This document shows positions 19,101-28,112 of a DNA stretch of 64,000 nucleotides, piece after piece (positions within the stretch are counted from its first letter, which is position 1; the number at the start of each line of letters is the position of its first letter). Source of the stretch: a virus; the IMG/VR virus record IMGVR_UViG_3300028840_002190; one strand, written 5' to 3'. Position numbers and translations under genes: made by a program. Below the pieces are notes generated by a model. It was not told the origin of the DNA, searched no databases, and saw nothing but the letters and a program-made list of their open reading frames with translations.

Positions 19101-20511
19101 TCCGAGCAGGAACACGGCGAACAACACCGCGGTCTACCGCGTCCACAGTGCCCCGAATTTCCTGATTCGGAAACGCCAACACTGATTCTTGAAGGTCCCC
19201 CGCTTTGACGTACTTTTCTCGCTTGGACTTTACGTCGTAAACTGGGACGTAGATATCGCCATTCTCGTCCTTCTGCGCGGTCACTGCGGCACGAATGTCG
19301 ATTCCAGCGCGCATGGACTCCGGAGTACGGATAGGGTCAAGGGCCCCCATCTGGGTCACGTGTGTCTGGCGTGCCTCAATAGGAATAGCCCGCTCCGTAG
19401 AAATGCCACCCTCACCCAAAGAAGTGACCCGCATCGCAGAGTCGATGAGGTCTACTGGGTTAGTCTGGTCCGGAATCGAAGACAGCGTAGTCGTCGATAG
19501 GAACTTGAGGAGGTCTTTCGTAAAGGGCCCGGAAGGGATCGCCTTCTTCAAGTTGGGCGTCGCTTCCATCTTAATAGATGCCTTCTTCGCCACCTCTCTG
19601 GCGTGGAGCTTGATCCTTTCTTTGAAGAAGTCGTCCACGGACATGATGGTCTTGAACCCTAGGTTATCTTGGTCGTCGACCTCAGCCTGGTTATTAAAGA
19701 TCTTGAGGACCTTAGTCGAGGCATCCAAGAGGCTTTGAGGCGACACATGGTCGTGCGGTTTACCAATGGTCTGTCGATTAACGTTAGGGTCCATTTTAGC
19801 GTTTCGATAACGCTCCAGAACCTCACGCATCTTAGTCACGGAATCCTGTTCCGACTTCTGCGCGTAAGTGGGGACCTCTTTCTTGTACAGTTTGTCGACA
19901 TACTTGTCGGCCTTTGGCTCCAATACTTTCGCGTTAGCGTCGGCAAGCTTCGGACCCCAAGATTTAGAAATCTCATCGTGAGAAACGCCCGACTTCCTGA
20001 GAATAGGATAGAGCGGGATCTTAGTCGAACTGTACTCGAGTTGAGGCTGCCCCTTCGCAGGGTCCATACTGATACGGAAGTTCGCACCGCCCAACGTGTT
20101 GAATCCTGCTTCGAGAATACCGTTAGCCCGTTTACGCGAGTACACTCCCGGCTTACGGCGAACCATGTTCGACACCGAATGCTCGTTGCCTCCGATGATG
20201 AATGTGTGCCGTGGGGTGAAATATGGCACTCTGACGAGGGTGAAGTTCTTCATCTCGTCAATGGTTTTTCCGTCCTTGTCCTTCATCCGCACTGTACCCT
20301 TCACGGACTCGAACAAGGAGTCGCCCGTGAGGATCGCTTTCTTCTGTTCAGAGGGGCTGTAGTCTTTCCCGACCACCTCAACATCATCAACTTCGATAGT
20401 CTTGTTCCGAGAAAGTATCGGAAAGGACTCCTTCAGCCCCTCAACAACCTTCTGGCGGATGAGTTCTCGGCGCTGATCAGGCCCGACCATTAGGGGAGTC
20501 AGATTAGGCAT
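16153..20511 (-). CDS. rpoBC: Multi-subunit RNA polymerase: beta subunit fused to N-terminal half of beta' (contains catalytic motif)
   Basis: 1452 aa. Beta motifs: RVTSLGEGGIS, TPES, NRAVMGSKMQVQA, GDKIAGRYGNKGVIS, IGKMEFDALLGH. Beta' motifs: VLPPVMRP, GRGTIVP, VLMNRAPTLHR, NADYDGDTM. Confidence 0.92.
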   Translation of the reverse strand: MPNLTPLMVGPDQRRELIRQKVVEGLKESFPILSRNKTIEVDDVEVVGKDYSPSEQKKAILTGDSLFESVKGTVRMKDKDGKTIDEMKNFTLVRVPYFTPRHTFIIGGNEHSVSNMVRRKPGVYSRKRANGILEAGFNTLGGANFRISMDPAKGQPQLEYSSTKIPLYPILRKSGVSHDEISKSWGPKLADANAKVLEPKADKYVDKLYKKEVPTYAQKSEQDSVTKMREVLERYRNAKMDPNVNRQTIGKPHDHVSPQSLLDASTKVLKIFNNQAEVDDQDNLGFKTIMSVDDFFKERIKLHAREVAKKASIKMEATPNLKKAIPSGPFTKDLLKFLSTTTLSSIPDQTNPVDLIDSAMRVTSLGEGGISTERAIPIEARQTHVTQMGALDPIRTPESMRAGIDIRAAVTAQKDENGDIYVPVYDVKSKREKYVKAGDLQESVLAFPNQEIRGTVDAVDRGVVRRVPARKVNYQVPHQSRMYSPTTNLIPFLESAQGNRAVMGSKMQVQALSLVDREEPFVQVATPSGKSFENMIGKIINPYAPVSGVVKKVDDDFIYIRPHEKTAARGPALVKVPYDKNFPLAAKTYLNHDLSVKPGDEVKAGQRLGDSNFTRNGTLALGKNMSVAFMPYYGANSNDAVVVSEAAAKKLTSERMYKIVIPKDPDLTFSANKHKSYYGHNYTKDQYKPIDTDGVVAPGTKLLPGDPVVVGVRKTELSPDDLILGKLHKSLAHPHREFTQGWDHDHEGEVIDVVKTPKRVTLTVKTREPAGIGDKIAGRYGNKGVISEIVPDGQMIQDEAGKPVDVLMTSAGVVSRINPSQIIETAVGKVVEKTGKPIVVDNFTNEDNVKWAKDLLRKHGVKDKETVYDPRSGKKIPKVFVGRQYLYKLFKTTDNNYSARSTGTYDMNLQPTKGGVQGAKAIGKMEFDALLGHNARNILREVATVKSQKNDEFWRGVQLGMTPPEPKSTFAYDKFVGMLTGAGVRVRRDGSRVALGPLTDDDVKEMSSGEVKDAKIVRAKDLRPEAGGLFDPGVTGGLRGTRWSHIDLAEPIVNPVFKEPVRRLLGMTNAQLSQTLQEKGGAHIKRELGRLDLDQKEKDIRKQMKGRKADQLDNEVKQLKYINALRNVGLTPDKAYVVSKVPVLPPVMRPIMPGKGGTQIIYGDTNPLYQDLIYINNQMKEVKNPKTPTPPGEEKKLRPALQQAVGAVYGTDEPATAKSKARNHKGFLTYISGVGGPKHGFFHSKLMSRTQDVAGRGTIVPDSTLGVDEVGVPKDMLWGMYDKFLIRRLVQQGFPAVQAKQMVEKRHPAAEEALRREVQERPVLMNRAPTLHRYNVVAAKPVPVPGRTLRVNPFVEEGMNADYDGDTMMLHVPVGPKAVEDAKNITLSNLLFGDKSKSDLLVFPQHEAIMGIHHASRVDDKNKTPKKFKTKADAMAAYKRGEIGLGTRVSIG

Positions 20512-20731
20512 ACGTCCTCCAACGTTTTCTAAGTATAGAACACGTTCTCAGAATCCCGAATCCCATTTTGGTAAAAGAATATGTGGACGACAAGAGGATT
20601 CTTTCCAAGGAGGTGACAATGAAGTCCCACATGTACCAGGTGAGCAGCTCGGGGTGATCATCGAACTTCTCTGGGAGTTCTTCAAGGCTCTCAAGAAGTA
20701 GTTCGACACGATCAACCCGAACCGTCTCCAC
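20504..20731 (-). CDS. Possible small hypothetical protein
   Basis: 75-aa ORF filling the gap before the RNAP gene; its 3' part overlaps the RNAP RBS and a -10-like box, so it is uncertain. Confidence 0.3.
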   Translation of the reverse strand: METVRVDRVELLLESLEELPEKFDDHPELLTWYMWDFIVTSLERILLSSTYSFTKMGFGILRTCSILRKRWRTYA

Positions 20732-20743
20732 AGACGTGAGACG

Positions 20744-21289
20744 TCACTCTTCCGAGGGTGGCGTCTCTTTTTTGGCGAAAGCTGCTTCAGGGTTGGGAGG
20801 ATAGACAGATTTTTCCGCGGCTTCTTCCGCCTTGCGTTTTTCCTCTTCCAGGAACACAGGGTCGGTCTCGAGCCACGCGAGTTCTACACAACGAGTACCG
20901 TCATGGAGTTGAAAGTGCTCTTCGAACTCCTTCACACCCTTACCTGACAGGAGCTTATCCTTGACTTCTTTGTAGTCGACTACCTGCACGTGAGGACACG
21001 TGTAGTCTCCGACGTCGGGGAGCTCCACTTCATCCTTGGCAATCATGGCCTTGCAACGATCACACTTACTCCAGGGCCTCCAAACCACGAATGTGCGCAA
21101 ATAGCTCACCATGCGCACTTGACGGGCGGGTTGCAGCTTATCGATCTCTTTTGCTACGAGAGGGATGTTGTCTTTGGGAGGTCCGAATAGAGTGGGGAGC
21201 TCCACTTCGGCAGACATCCGAGGTACTTCTCCTCGGGCACTTGACAAGAGATCTACAAACGAATCTGGTTGTCCAGGTTGTTGCGCCAT
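20744..21289 (-). CDS. Hypothetical protein with CxxC motif
   Basis: 181 aa, coupled to the portal stop; CDRC...CPH. Confidence 0.55.
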   Translation of the reverse strand: MAQQPGQPDSFVDLLSSARGEVPRMSAEVELPTLFGPPKDNIPLVAKEIDKLQPARQVRMVSYLRTFVVWRPWSKCDRCKAMIAKDEVELPDVGDYTCPHVQVVDYKEVKDKLLSGKGVKEFEEHFQLHDGTRCVELAWLETDPVFLEEEKRKAEEAAEKSVYPPNPEAAFAKKETPPSEE

Positions 21290-23034
21290 TACAGCATCCC
21301 CCCTTGAGCCTCCTGGCCCTTACCGCGAGTCATCTGTTCCCACCTCTGAATCGCGACAGAGTACAAGACAAAGTCCTCTTTCATGAGAGAATCCATGGCG
21401 CTCTTACGTCCCCCGTCATCCATGCTCATCCACTCTTGCACCAACATATCCGCCTGACCGATGAGTTGCTGCTGGTCGTAACCCATCCCACCAGACTGCG
21501 CTTGTTGCGCCTCCATCTGTGCTTGTTGCGCCATATTGTTCTGGAGCTTTCGGATTTCAAGTTGGAGTTCAGTCTCCCTACGAACGTTGTCCAGCTCTTC
21601 CTGTCGGATACGGTCCTCTTCCTGGTCCAAATCGATACTGTTCTGCTCCGCCATGGTCTTGTCCGAAATGATCTTTCGACCCATCTGGATACCCGACTGG
21701 TAAAGCTGCATCGTGATTTGCTTCTGGTACTGATCATCGATCATCCGGAACGGTGCAAGTTCCACGGGGATCTTTTCGAACCCCAGGAACTTCGCACAAC
21801 TGTCGTCAATCCACTGGAGACAATCATTAAGGTCATTAACGTGTGTCTCTAGCTGATTTTCGATAAGTCGCAGCGTAGCTTCCATCCCGCTCTTGGTGAG
21901 GCCACCATACAGGAACTCAATGGGGATCCCGAGAGCGGCAACGATGTTCTTCTCTGCTTCTTGTACCTCACCTAACGTCAGAAGCGCGCGTCCCTGTCCC
22001 CCGATTTGCGTCATCCCAATTGGGATAGGCGCGAACATCATATGGAGGGGGTCTACGCGCCACTGCTTGAAGTGATCTTTCAGTTTGGTCTTCCACTCTT
22101 CGAGGCTAATGGTCGTGACAGGGTCCGCGTTCCCACTTGACTGTGCGGGATGCACAATCCGGAAGGGTGTCAGGTGGTCAAGAGCGATAGCCTCATTAGC
22201 TTTACGCAAAATTGCTGCGTAGTGGAACAACTGCAGTGTCGAGAGCAGCGGTGGAAGGCCCCATTGCGGGTTGATCCCGGCAGGTCCCCCCACTTTCATG
22301 TGGAAGATGTATCCTGGAGCAAACTTGAACTGCTTCTTCTTCTGGATCGCCTTCAAGAACCCTACGGGCATACTGTCGATAACGAACTTGTGGCCCTTCT
22401 GTACGCTATCCACCATCGAACGTGGAATGGTGTGGTAGTACACCGACGCCCCTGTCAGGGGGTTGAAGTCCACGTCCATGTGCTTGGGGTCCCATCGAAT
22501 AAAATTGATTCTCCGACTTACCGCGAGTTTGCGGTCCTCGATCTCTCTCTCGGTGGCGATAACCTCGTTGTCACATGCGGGACACCTATAAGTGAACCGC
22601 AGTGACGAGTAGCTGTATTTATAGTCCAAGTTCTGGATGTTGGTGAGTGTCTTGCACTTAGGACACTTAAGATACCGGATGAAGGGTTGGTACATGGAGA
22701 GAAAGGCATTTCCGTACACGTACTTATCCAGGGTCATCTGAATGAGTATCTCCCGGACGTGAAGAACCTTCTCTAACAAATTTTTGTGTCGAAGTTTGAG
22801 CGCCTCATTCTCGGTGTCGTAAAGGAGTTCTGTGATGGGATACTCACCAAACTTCCGCAACGCCGAGTAGATGTGAGCCGAGTTAAAAAACAAGTACTCG
22901 CACCACTTAAAGAGTTCTTTGAGCCTTCGCGGACTGTAAACCTGGCTATAGGTGTGGTAAGGATTGGTGTGGGGGGCGGTATCTCGCGTCCCACTGAGCA
23001 TGTAGGGGTCAGATACGTTGAAATCATTCGTCAT
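21289..23034 (-). CDS. Portal protein with Zn-ribbon insertion
   Basis: 581 aa; portal-type pattern (YVYGNAF, IRWDP, FHMK...WGLPPL, coiled-coil C-terminus); CPKC...CPAC insertion. Confidence 0.7.
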   Translation of the reverse strand: MTNDFNVSDPYMLSGTRDTAPHTNPYHTYSQVYSPRRLKELFKWCEYLFFNSAHIYSALRKFGEYPITELLYDTENEALKLRHKNLLEKVLHVREILIQMTLDKYVYGNAFLSMYQPFIRYLKCPKCKTLTNIQNLDYKYSYSSLRFTYRCPACDNEVIATEREIEDRKLAVSRRINFIRWDPKHMDVDFNPLTGASVYYHTIPRSMVDSVQKGHKFVIDSMPVGFLKAIQKKKQFKFAPGYIFHMKVGGPAGINPQWGLPPLLSTLQLFHYAAILRKANEAIALDHLTPFRIVHPAQSSGNADPVTTISLEEWKTKLKDHFKQWRVDPLHMMFAPIPIGMTQIGGQGRALLTLGEVQEAEKNIVAALGIPIEFLYGGLTKSGMEATLRLIENQLETHVNDLNDCLQWIDDSCAKFLGFEKIPVELAPFRMIDDQYQKQITMQLYQSGIQMGRKIISDKTMAEQNSIDLDQEEDRIRQEELDNVRRETELQLEIRKLQNNMAQQAQMEAQQAQSGGMGYDQQQLIGQADMLVQEWMSMDDGGRKSAMDSLMKEDFVLYSVAIQRWEQMTRGKGQEAQGGML

Positions 23035-23094
23035 GACGTGCTCTCCTACTTCGATCCAGCTATCGAATCATAGCTCAAAACCGGAGTAAACACT

Positions 23095-25149
23095 ATGGAA
23101 GTCGGACTAACGGCTATTAACGAGACCCCTGTACTCACCGTAAATGACCCCACATCAAGTGGAAGTCGCGTATTCGGTGCCTCCATGGATCGAGGCAAGA
23201 CACACTGGCGTTTTCCGGCATTCCCTCCATTTGTCGAGAGAGTACTACACGACCTCGGTAAAGTCTACGCGTCATTAACCTTTAGCCCACAAGCGGACAC
23301 GTGGCTCTCAACGCTAAAAAAAGAGGAGGAGTGGGTAGACTTTGCAAGTAACACAAAACTCCCGGGGCCCTTTGGAAACTACGAACATCAGAACATCGGC
23401 CTAGGGAAACTCCTTCACAATTATCGCTACATTCTGCAGTGGGAGATGGGGACAGGGAAGACAAAGCCCATCATCGACATGACGTACCTCCTCGGGGAAA
23501 AGGTCCTGGTCTTATGCCCTCTAGTAGCGGCCAAGAACTGGGCTAAAGAGGTCAAGAAACACAGTGGAGGGGCCCTAAAACCTCTAGCAATGCTTGGTAC
23601 ACGGGGCAAAAAATTGCAGCTTCTCAACGATGCTGAGGACGCTGACGTTTTTATCACCACGTACGATACGGCACGTTTACACGGAGTCCCTTCTGTATCC
23701 CCAAAAGTCGTCAAGGCTGTCATGGACTCCCGAGGATACTATTCAATAACGGAGGCGTTAAAACGTGCCCTGATGAACATCAACGATCCTGCAACGCAAC
23801 TCAGATTCGCAGAGGAGTGGATCAGAGGGCGCTCTGTTCGCGAGATCGGACAGGAATCTCGAGAGTTGGCCAAAGGCACGCTACAGTGGATAACTCAACT
23901 ACCGTGCACCACCGTCGTAGCAGACGAGTCTCACCGTATTAAACACATCCGTAGCCAGCGTACGAAGGTGTGTATGCGGTTAGCTTCTAAATTTCCACGC
24001 CGATACTTACTTAGCGGAACCCTGAGCTTGGGAGATCCTCGGGATCTCTACCCACAGCTCAAGTTCCTAGCCCCGTACGCTCTCTCAGAGGACTATCGGG
24101 CGTTCTGTGACAAGTACGTAGTCTACTCCCAATGGAATAAACACGTAGTTGTGGGGTATAAGAAATTAGACTCATTGAACAAAGTGGTTACGGGAATTTC
24201 CGACAGGCGTGAACTAGAGGAGTGTGTGGACCTCCCTGAGCGCACAACTGAAACGCTTTATTTTGACCTCACCCGTGAACAGCTCCGAGACTACAACGGA
24301 GCCATCGAAAACATGCTCATTGACCGCCCGAACGCCGAGCCCCTCGAACTTCAGAACGGTGCCATTCGCCTTAATAAGCTTTTGCAAATATGTAGCGGCT
24401 TCGTCTACTCCCCGAAGGCTACTGAGAGTCCGTGTGACGAGTGTTCGGACCTGCGTAGGTGTGTCGTTAACGGAATACATCCCGGGTCCCCCCGCTGCAC
24501 CCAAGTAGCAGAGGCACCTGAGAGGGAGACACTCCGATACTCGAAGAATCCTAAGCTAGAGCGCATAAGCGAATTCCTCGACGATCTCTTGGATAATAAG
24601 GTGACTAAGGTCATCATATGGGCCAATTTCGAAGCGGAATTGGATGACCTCGAAGAGCTTATCTCCAAAAAGCAGTTGGGGTACGTACGCGTCGATGGGA
24701 GCAACTCCAACAAGATGTCCGAGATGGAGGAGGTCTTTCAGAACGACGCGAACTGTCGAGTCTTTTTGGGTCAGATCAAAACAGGTATCGCAGTTACGCT
24801 TACTGCTGCCAAGTACACGGTTTACTATTCCCGAAGTTGGTCGCTAGAAGACTGGTTGCAATCGCGTAATCGAAATTTTCGAATCGGACAGACGAAGAAG
24901 ACTGTTATCTATCATTTGTGCGGGAAGAAAACCGTAGAGGCTCAGCAAATAGCCGCACTGAAGTCGAAGCAAGATATCTCTTCTTCTCTTACGAAACACA
25001 TCAACTGTATGGTGTGCGCGCAGTACCCCACCTGTGCCAAGGACAAAGTAGATCCGTGGACGGACGGCTGCATCTTAGGGCGCGAGGTTAAAAAGAAGAT
25101 CACCCGGGTAGGTGTAATCCACCTAGGAGAGGACACGGAGGAAGCGTAA
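23095..25149 (+). CDS. SNF2-family (SF2) helicase/ATPase
   Basis: WEMGTGKT (motif I), VADESHRIK (II), LLSGT (III), IIWANF, TGIAVTLTAA, QSRNRNFRIGQ (VI). Confidence 0.88.
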   Translation: MEVGLTAINETPVLTVNDPTSSGSRVFGASMDRGKTHWRFPAFPPFVERVLHDLGKVYASLTFSPQADTWLSTLKKEEEWVDFASNTKLPGPFGNYEHQNIGLGKLLHNYRYILQWEMGTGKTKPIIDMTYLLGEKVLVLCPLVAAKNWAKEVKKHSGGALKPLAMLGTRGKKLQLLNDAEDADVFITTYDTARLHGVPSVSPKVVKAVMDSRGYYSITEALKRALMNINDPATQLRFAEEWIRGRSVREIGQESRELAKGTLQWITQLPCTTVVADESHRIKHIRSQRTKVCMRLASKFPRRYLLSGTLSLGDPRDLYPQLKFLAPYALSEDYRAFCDKYVVYSQWNKHVVVGYKKLDSLNKVVTGISDRRELEECVDLPERTTETLYFDLTREQLRDYNGAIENMLIDRPNAEPLELQNGAIRLNKLLQICSGFVYSPKATESPCDECSDLRRCVVNGIHPGSPRCTQVAEAPERETLRYSKNPKLERISEFLDDLLDNKVTKVIIWANFEAELDDLEELISKKQLGYVRVDGSNSNKMSEMEEVFQNDANCRVFLGQIKTGIAVTLTAAKYTVYYSRSWSLEDWLQSRNRNFRIGQTKKTVIYHLCGKKTVEAQQIAALKSKQDISSSLTKHINCMVCAQYPTCAKDKVDPWTDGCILGREVKKKITRVGVIHLGEDTEEA

Positions 25150-25541
25150 TGGACATCGTACTACGAGAACACGACGTTAAAAGAATGATAGGAGAAGCCC
25201 TGGGAGTAAAGATCCCTCCTGACGATTTGATGGTCGAGCAGGACCCCCTGAGTGTGACTATCGTAAATGCGGAAAAATACCTCTACAAAAAGAAACCAGT
25301 TTTACGAGGTAAACCTGACGAAGCACCGTCGCAACCTCCAGATGCCTCTGAAGACTCCGAGCCCCCGCCAAGCGCGGACGCCTCACCCCTCATGTCCATG
25401 GACGACTTGAAACGGGAGAGCGCGGGCCTGGCAGCGGCTCCTCCACAAACGGGGAATTCTGAAAACTCTCCCCGAGCGCTGGGAGCCAACGAACGCACTG
25501 AAGTGCCGCCCCCAACCGAACACGGCAAGGAGAAATTGTAA
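25149..25541 (+). CDS. Hypothetical protein
   Basis: 130 aa, TAATG-coupled to the helicase. Confidence 0.55.
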   Translation: MDIVLREHDVKRMIGEALGVKIPPDDLMVEQDPLSVTIVNAEKYLYKKKPVLRGKPDEAPSQPPDASEDSEPPPSADASPLMSMDDLKRESAGLAAAPPQTGNSENSPRALGANERTEVPPPTEHGKEKL

Positions 25542-26399
25542 ATGCCCGAACTCAATATACATGGAAAGATCGTGGAGGTTCCCGCGGGATTCGGAGATTC
25601 CGGACTCCCTAATAAGGAATACTTCTCACACTCCCAGTTCTCAATGTATCGGAGGTGCCCCCGGCAGTTCGAATACCGCTACGTACTCGGTATGCGCCAA
25701 CCGCCGGGTATCGCCATGACACAGGGGACGGTCATCCATGCCGGAGCAGAGGCCACACACCGCGCCACTATCGAAAACGGTAGGCCCCTATCACTAGAGC
25801 ACGCAGAGGCTATAGTGTCGGACAAGTTCGATTCTGTGAAGGAGTACATCGAAGACTGGGGAGACGCGAAGCCAGGAAAGGTCAAAGAACTGACGCTTCA
25901 CCACTTCCGAGTCTACCATAAACAGTCGATACCCCTGGTACGCCCCAAAGCGGTGGAGGAGCCGTTTGCGGTTAAAGTCGGGACAGTACCCATCGTCGGC
26001 TTTATCGACCTCATTGACGAGGTGATGTTGGATCGCGAAAATGATACCCTGGCCAAAGGGGAAGGTCCGCTAGTCACGGAAGTCGTCACGGACTTGAAGT
26101 TCACGGGTCGTAAATGGCAGGCGGCTAAGTTGAGACATGACACCCAGCTGACTCTTTATGCGCACGTTAAGGGGATTCCACGTGTTCGCATCGACTTTCT
26201 GCTTGACCAGAAGAGCGGCACTCGTTACGTTCAGGAAAGATCGTTAAGGACACCGCGGGATGCTAAGAACTTCGAAGAAGACCTGGAAGAATGTGTGGAC
26301 CTCATCAAGAAAGGCATCTTCCCGCGTTGTGACCCGACGACCTGGGCCTGTACTCCGCGCTTCTGCGGCTACTACGAAAGATGTCGAGGACCCCAATGA
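25542..26399 (+). CDS. PD-(D/E)XK RecB/Cas4-like exonuclease
   Basis: SHSQF...RCPRQF, GTVIH, GFIDLID, VTDLK, QLTLY, C-terminal C-x5-C-x4-C-x5-C. Confidence 0.82.
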   Translation: MPELNIHGKIVEVPAGFGDSGLPNKEYFSHSQFSMYRRCPRQFEYRYVLGMRQPPGIAMTQGTVIHAGAEATHRATIENGRPLSLEHAEAIVSDKFDSVKEYIEDWGDAKPGKVKELTLHHFRVYHKQSIPLVRPKAVEEPFAVKVGTVPIVGFIDLIDEVMLDRENDTLAKGEGPLVTEVVTDLKFTGRKWQAAKLRHDTQLTLYAHVKGIPRVRIDFLLDQKSGTRYVQERSLRTPRDAKNFEEDLEECVDLIKKGIFPRCDPTTWACTPRFCGYYERCRGPQ

Positions 26400-27586
26400 C
26401 TGAGGAACTGAAACTCCGCGACTTCACCGAACTGTCTCCCAAAGAGTTTTGGAAACTCGTTGATGCCGAAGCAGGAGCTGCGCAGACAAAAGTACAGGAG
26501 ATCTTTGAGAAGGCTAACCGCCAAGTACTCAACCAGAAAGAAGCGATTGAGGGGTTGGATGCGCTTTTCATTGATTCGCACCGGCGAATCAAGGAGCACA
26601 GCTCTGCGCTCGCTAAACACTACCCTACCAAACAGCTGACCAAAAATAAGCTAGAGGACTTGGAGCATATGTGGTGGGTCGACCACTACACCTCGGGGGT
26701 CTCTCGGTGGTCGACTCTCAGCTGGTTCAGCTCCAAGAAGAATGCGAATAAGAAAGGGAAGATGCGGTATAACGGAGCTTCGACGCATTTTGTCCTCGGC
26801 TACGAGGGCTACCCTTTCTATATTATCCCGCTCATGCACGGAGCGTGGCATGAACCGAAGCGTAACAGAGACTCCATCAGCATCGAGATGGTAAACTGCG
26901 GCGCTATCAAGGAACATAAGGGTAAGTACTGCTACTGGCCCAAGGGATACACGCAAGAAATCCCGGCACAACTCGTAGCCGAACTTCCTCCGACGAGGCT
27001 CCCTTTCAATTTCCGAGGAGCTAAGATCCTCCAGCCGTTTACGGCGTCCCAGATAAAGTACAATGTTCTCCTCAAGCGCATTATCCTCGCAGCTTTACCC
27101 GGTAAATTGGACCGTTCACGCTTCAGTCAGCACCAGGAATGGCGCAGTACCAAGCTGGACATGGGACCTCTGTGGCCTTTCAAGGACGTCAACGATGCTG
27201 CGCATGATGCATTCCCGATCTCGCAGTACTCCTTCCTCTCCAAATTTGAATTAGCAGTCAAAGACGGCACGATCACCGAAGCTGAAGCTGCCGAACTGGA
27301 GATGGAAGGACACAGCCCTGAGTATGGAGACGAGACTCCTACTCACGATGATGACCTGGACGACGACAACGAAAGCGTAATGTCGATCTCTGAGGTCCAA
27401 GAATATCTTAACCTTTACGGATTCCGTGTGGAAGTCGATGGTAAGTTCGGTCCCCAGACCAAGAAAGCTGTCGGCAAATTCCAGACCGTCTATAACATGA
27501 AGTATCCGAGTACGGACGCCCTGGCTGTCGACGGCATACCAGGCCCCCGTACGTGTGCAGCTCTCAAACGGTATGAGAAGGAGTGA
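26396..27586 (+). CDS. Endolysin: N-acetylmuramoyl-L-alanine amidase + C-terminal peptidoglycan-binding domain
   Basis: VDHYT, STHFV, AWHE...SISIEMVN, HQE...KLDMG (Amidase_2 Zn pattern); VQEYLN...DGKFGPQTKKAVGKFQ...VDGIPGPRT (PG_binding_1). Start re-called to ATGA overlap at 26396. Confidence 0.85.
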   Translation: MTEELKLRDFTELSPKEFWKLVDAEAGAAQTKVQEIFEKANRQVLNQKEAIEGLDALFIDSHRRIKEHSSALAKHYPTKQLTKNKLEDLEHMWWVDHYTSGVSRWSTLSWFSSKKNANKKGKMRYNGASTHFVLGYEGYPFYIIPLMHGAWHEPKRNRDSISIEMVNCGAIKEHKGKYCYWPKGYTQEIPAQLVAELPPTRLPFNFRGAKILQPFTASQIKYNVLLKRIILAALPGKLDRSRFSQHQEWRSTKLDMGPLWPFKDVNDAAHDAFPISQYSFLSKFELAVKDGTITEAEAAELEMEGHSPEYGDETPTHDDDLDDDNESVMSISEVQEYLNLYGFRVEVDGKFGPQTKKAVGKFQTVYNMKYPSTDALAVDGIPGPRTCAALKRYEKE

Positions 27587-27936
27587 CCGCCATGGAACTG
27601 AACGAAGTCTGCAGCAGGTGTGGGAAGTCCGTTAAGGTTCCCGCTGACCCCGAGTTGATGAAACTCAAGATCGAGGAGGAAGCCTCTGTCAATGAGATCA
27701 TCGAGAAGTTTCGGCAATTCGCCGATAACCTCGAGGACCCTCTCCCCGAAATCATCACGCTCGTCCGTGTGCAAGACGACAACGGAGAGTACCGCTTCGA
27801 TGTCAAGGCGCTCACCAAGCTGTGCGGCCCTGATGAGACCAAGAAGCGGAACAAGAGCGGCTGCTTGAAGCGCGTCCAGGCTCTGGTAGATGACATCTAC
27901 CGACAGGCTAAGGGCCCTTCTAAGAGTAAGGAATGA
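27583..27936 (+). CDS. Hypothetical protein with N-terminal CxxC
   Basis: 117 aa, GTGA overlap with the endolysin; CSRCG. Confidence 0.55.
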   Translation: MTAMELNEVCSRCGKSVKVPADPELMKLKIEEEASVNEIIEKFRQFADNLEDPLPEIITLVRVQDDNGEYRFDVKALTKLCGPDETKKRNKSGCLKRVQALVDDIYRQAKGPSKSKE

Positions 27937-28112
27937 TGGAGAAATACGGAGTAGACCAGGAGCCCGAGCAAAAAACCGCTAACGAAATCGAGTCCAAATG
28001 CCCTCAGTGCGGAAAACGACTTCGAGACAGAAGCGAAACCGGCGTGCTGGTCTGTCCGCAGTGCGGAAGTCGACCCTTCGAGTCGACCGAACCTCCGTCG
28101 CCCAAAAGCTGA
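27933..28112 (+). CDS. Small Zn-ribbon protein (59 aa), below ORF-track cutoff
   Basis: Hand translation MMEKYGVDQEPEQKTANEIESKCPQCGKRLRDRSETGVLVCPQCGSRPFESTEPPSPKS; ATGA overlap; two CPQCG knuckles. Confidence 0.75.
   Translation: MMEKYGVDQEPEQKTANEIESKCPQCGKRLRDRSETGVLVCPQCGSRPFESTEPPSPKS

Noticed and set aside
23057-23075. Short palindromes (AGCTAT-N6-ATAGCT) in the portal/helicase divergent region
   Set aside because: Single short inverted repeat with no second copy found; could be an operator but is not supportable.
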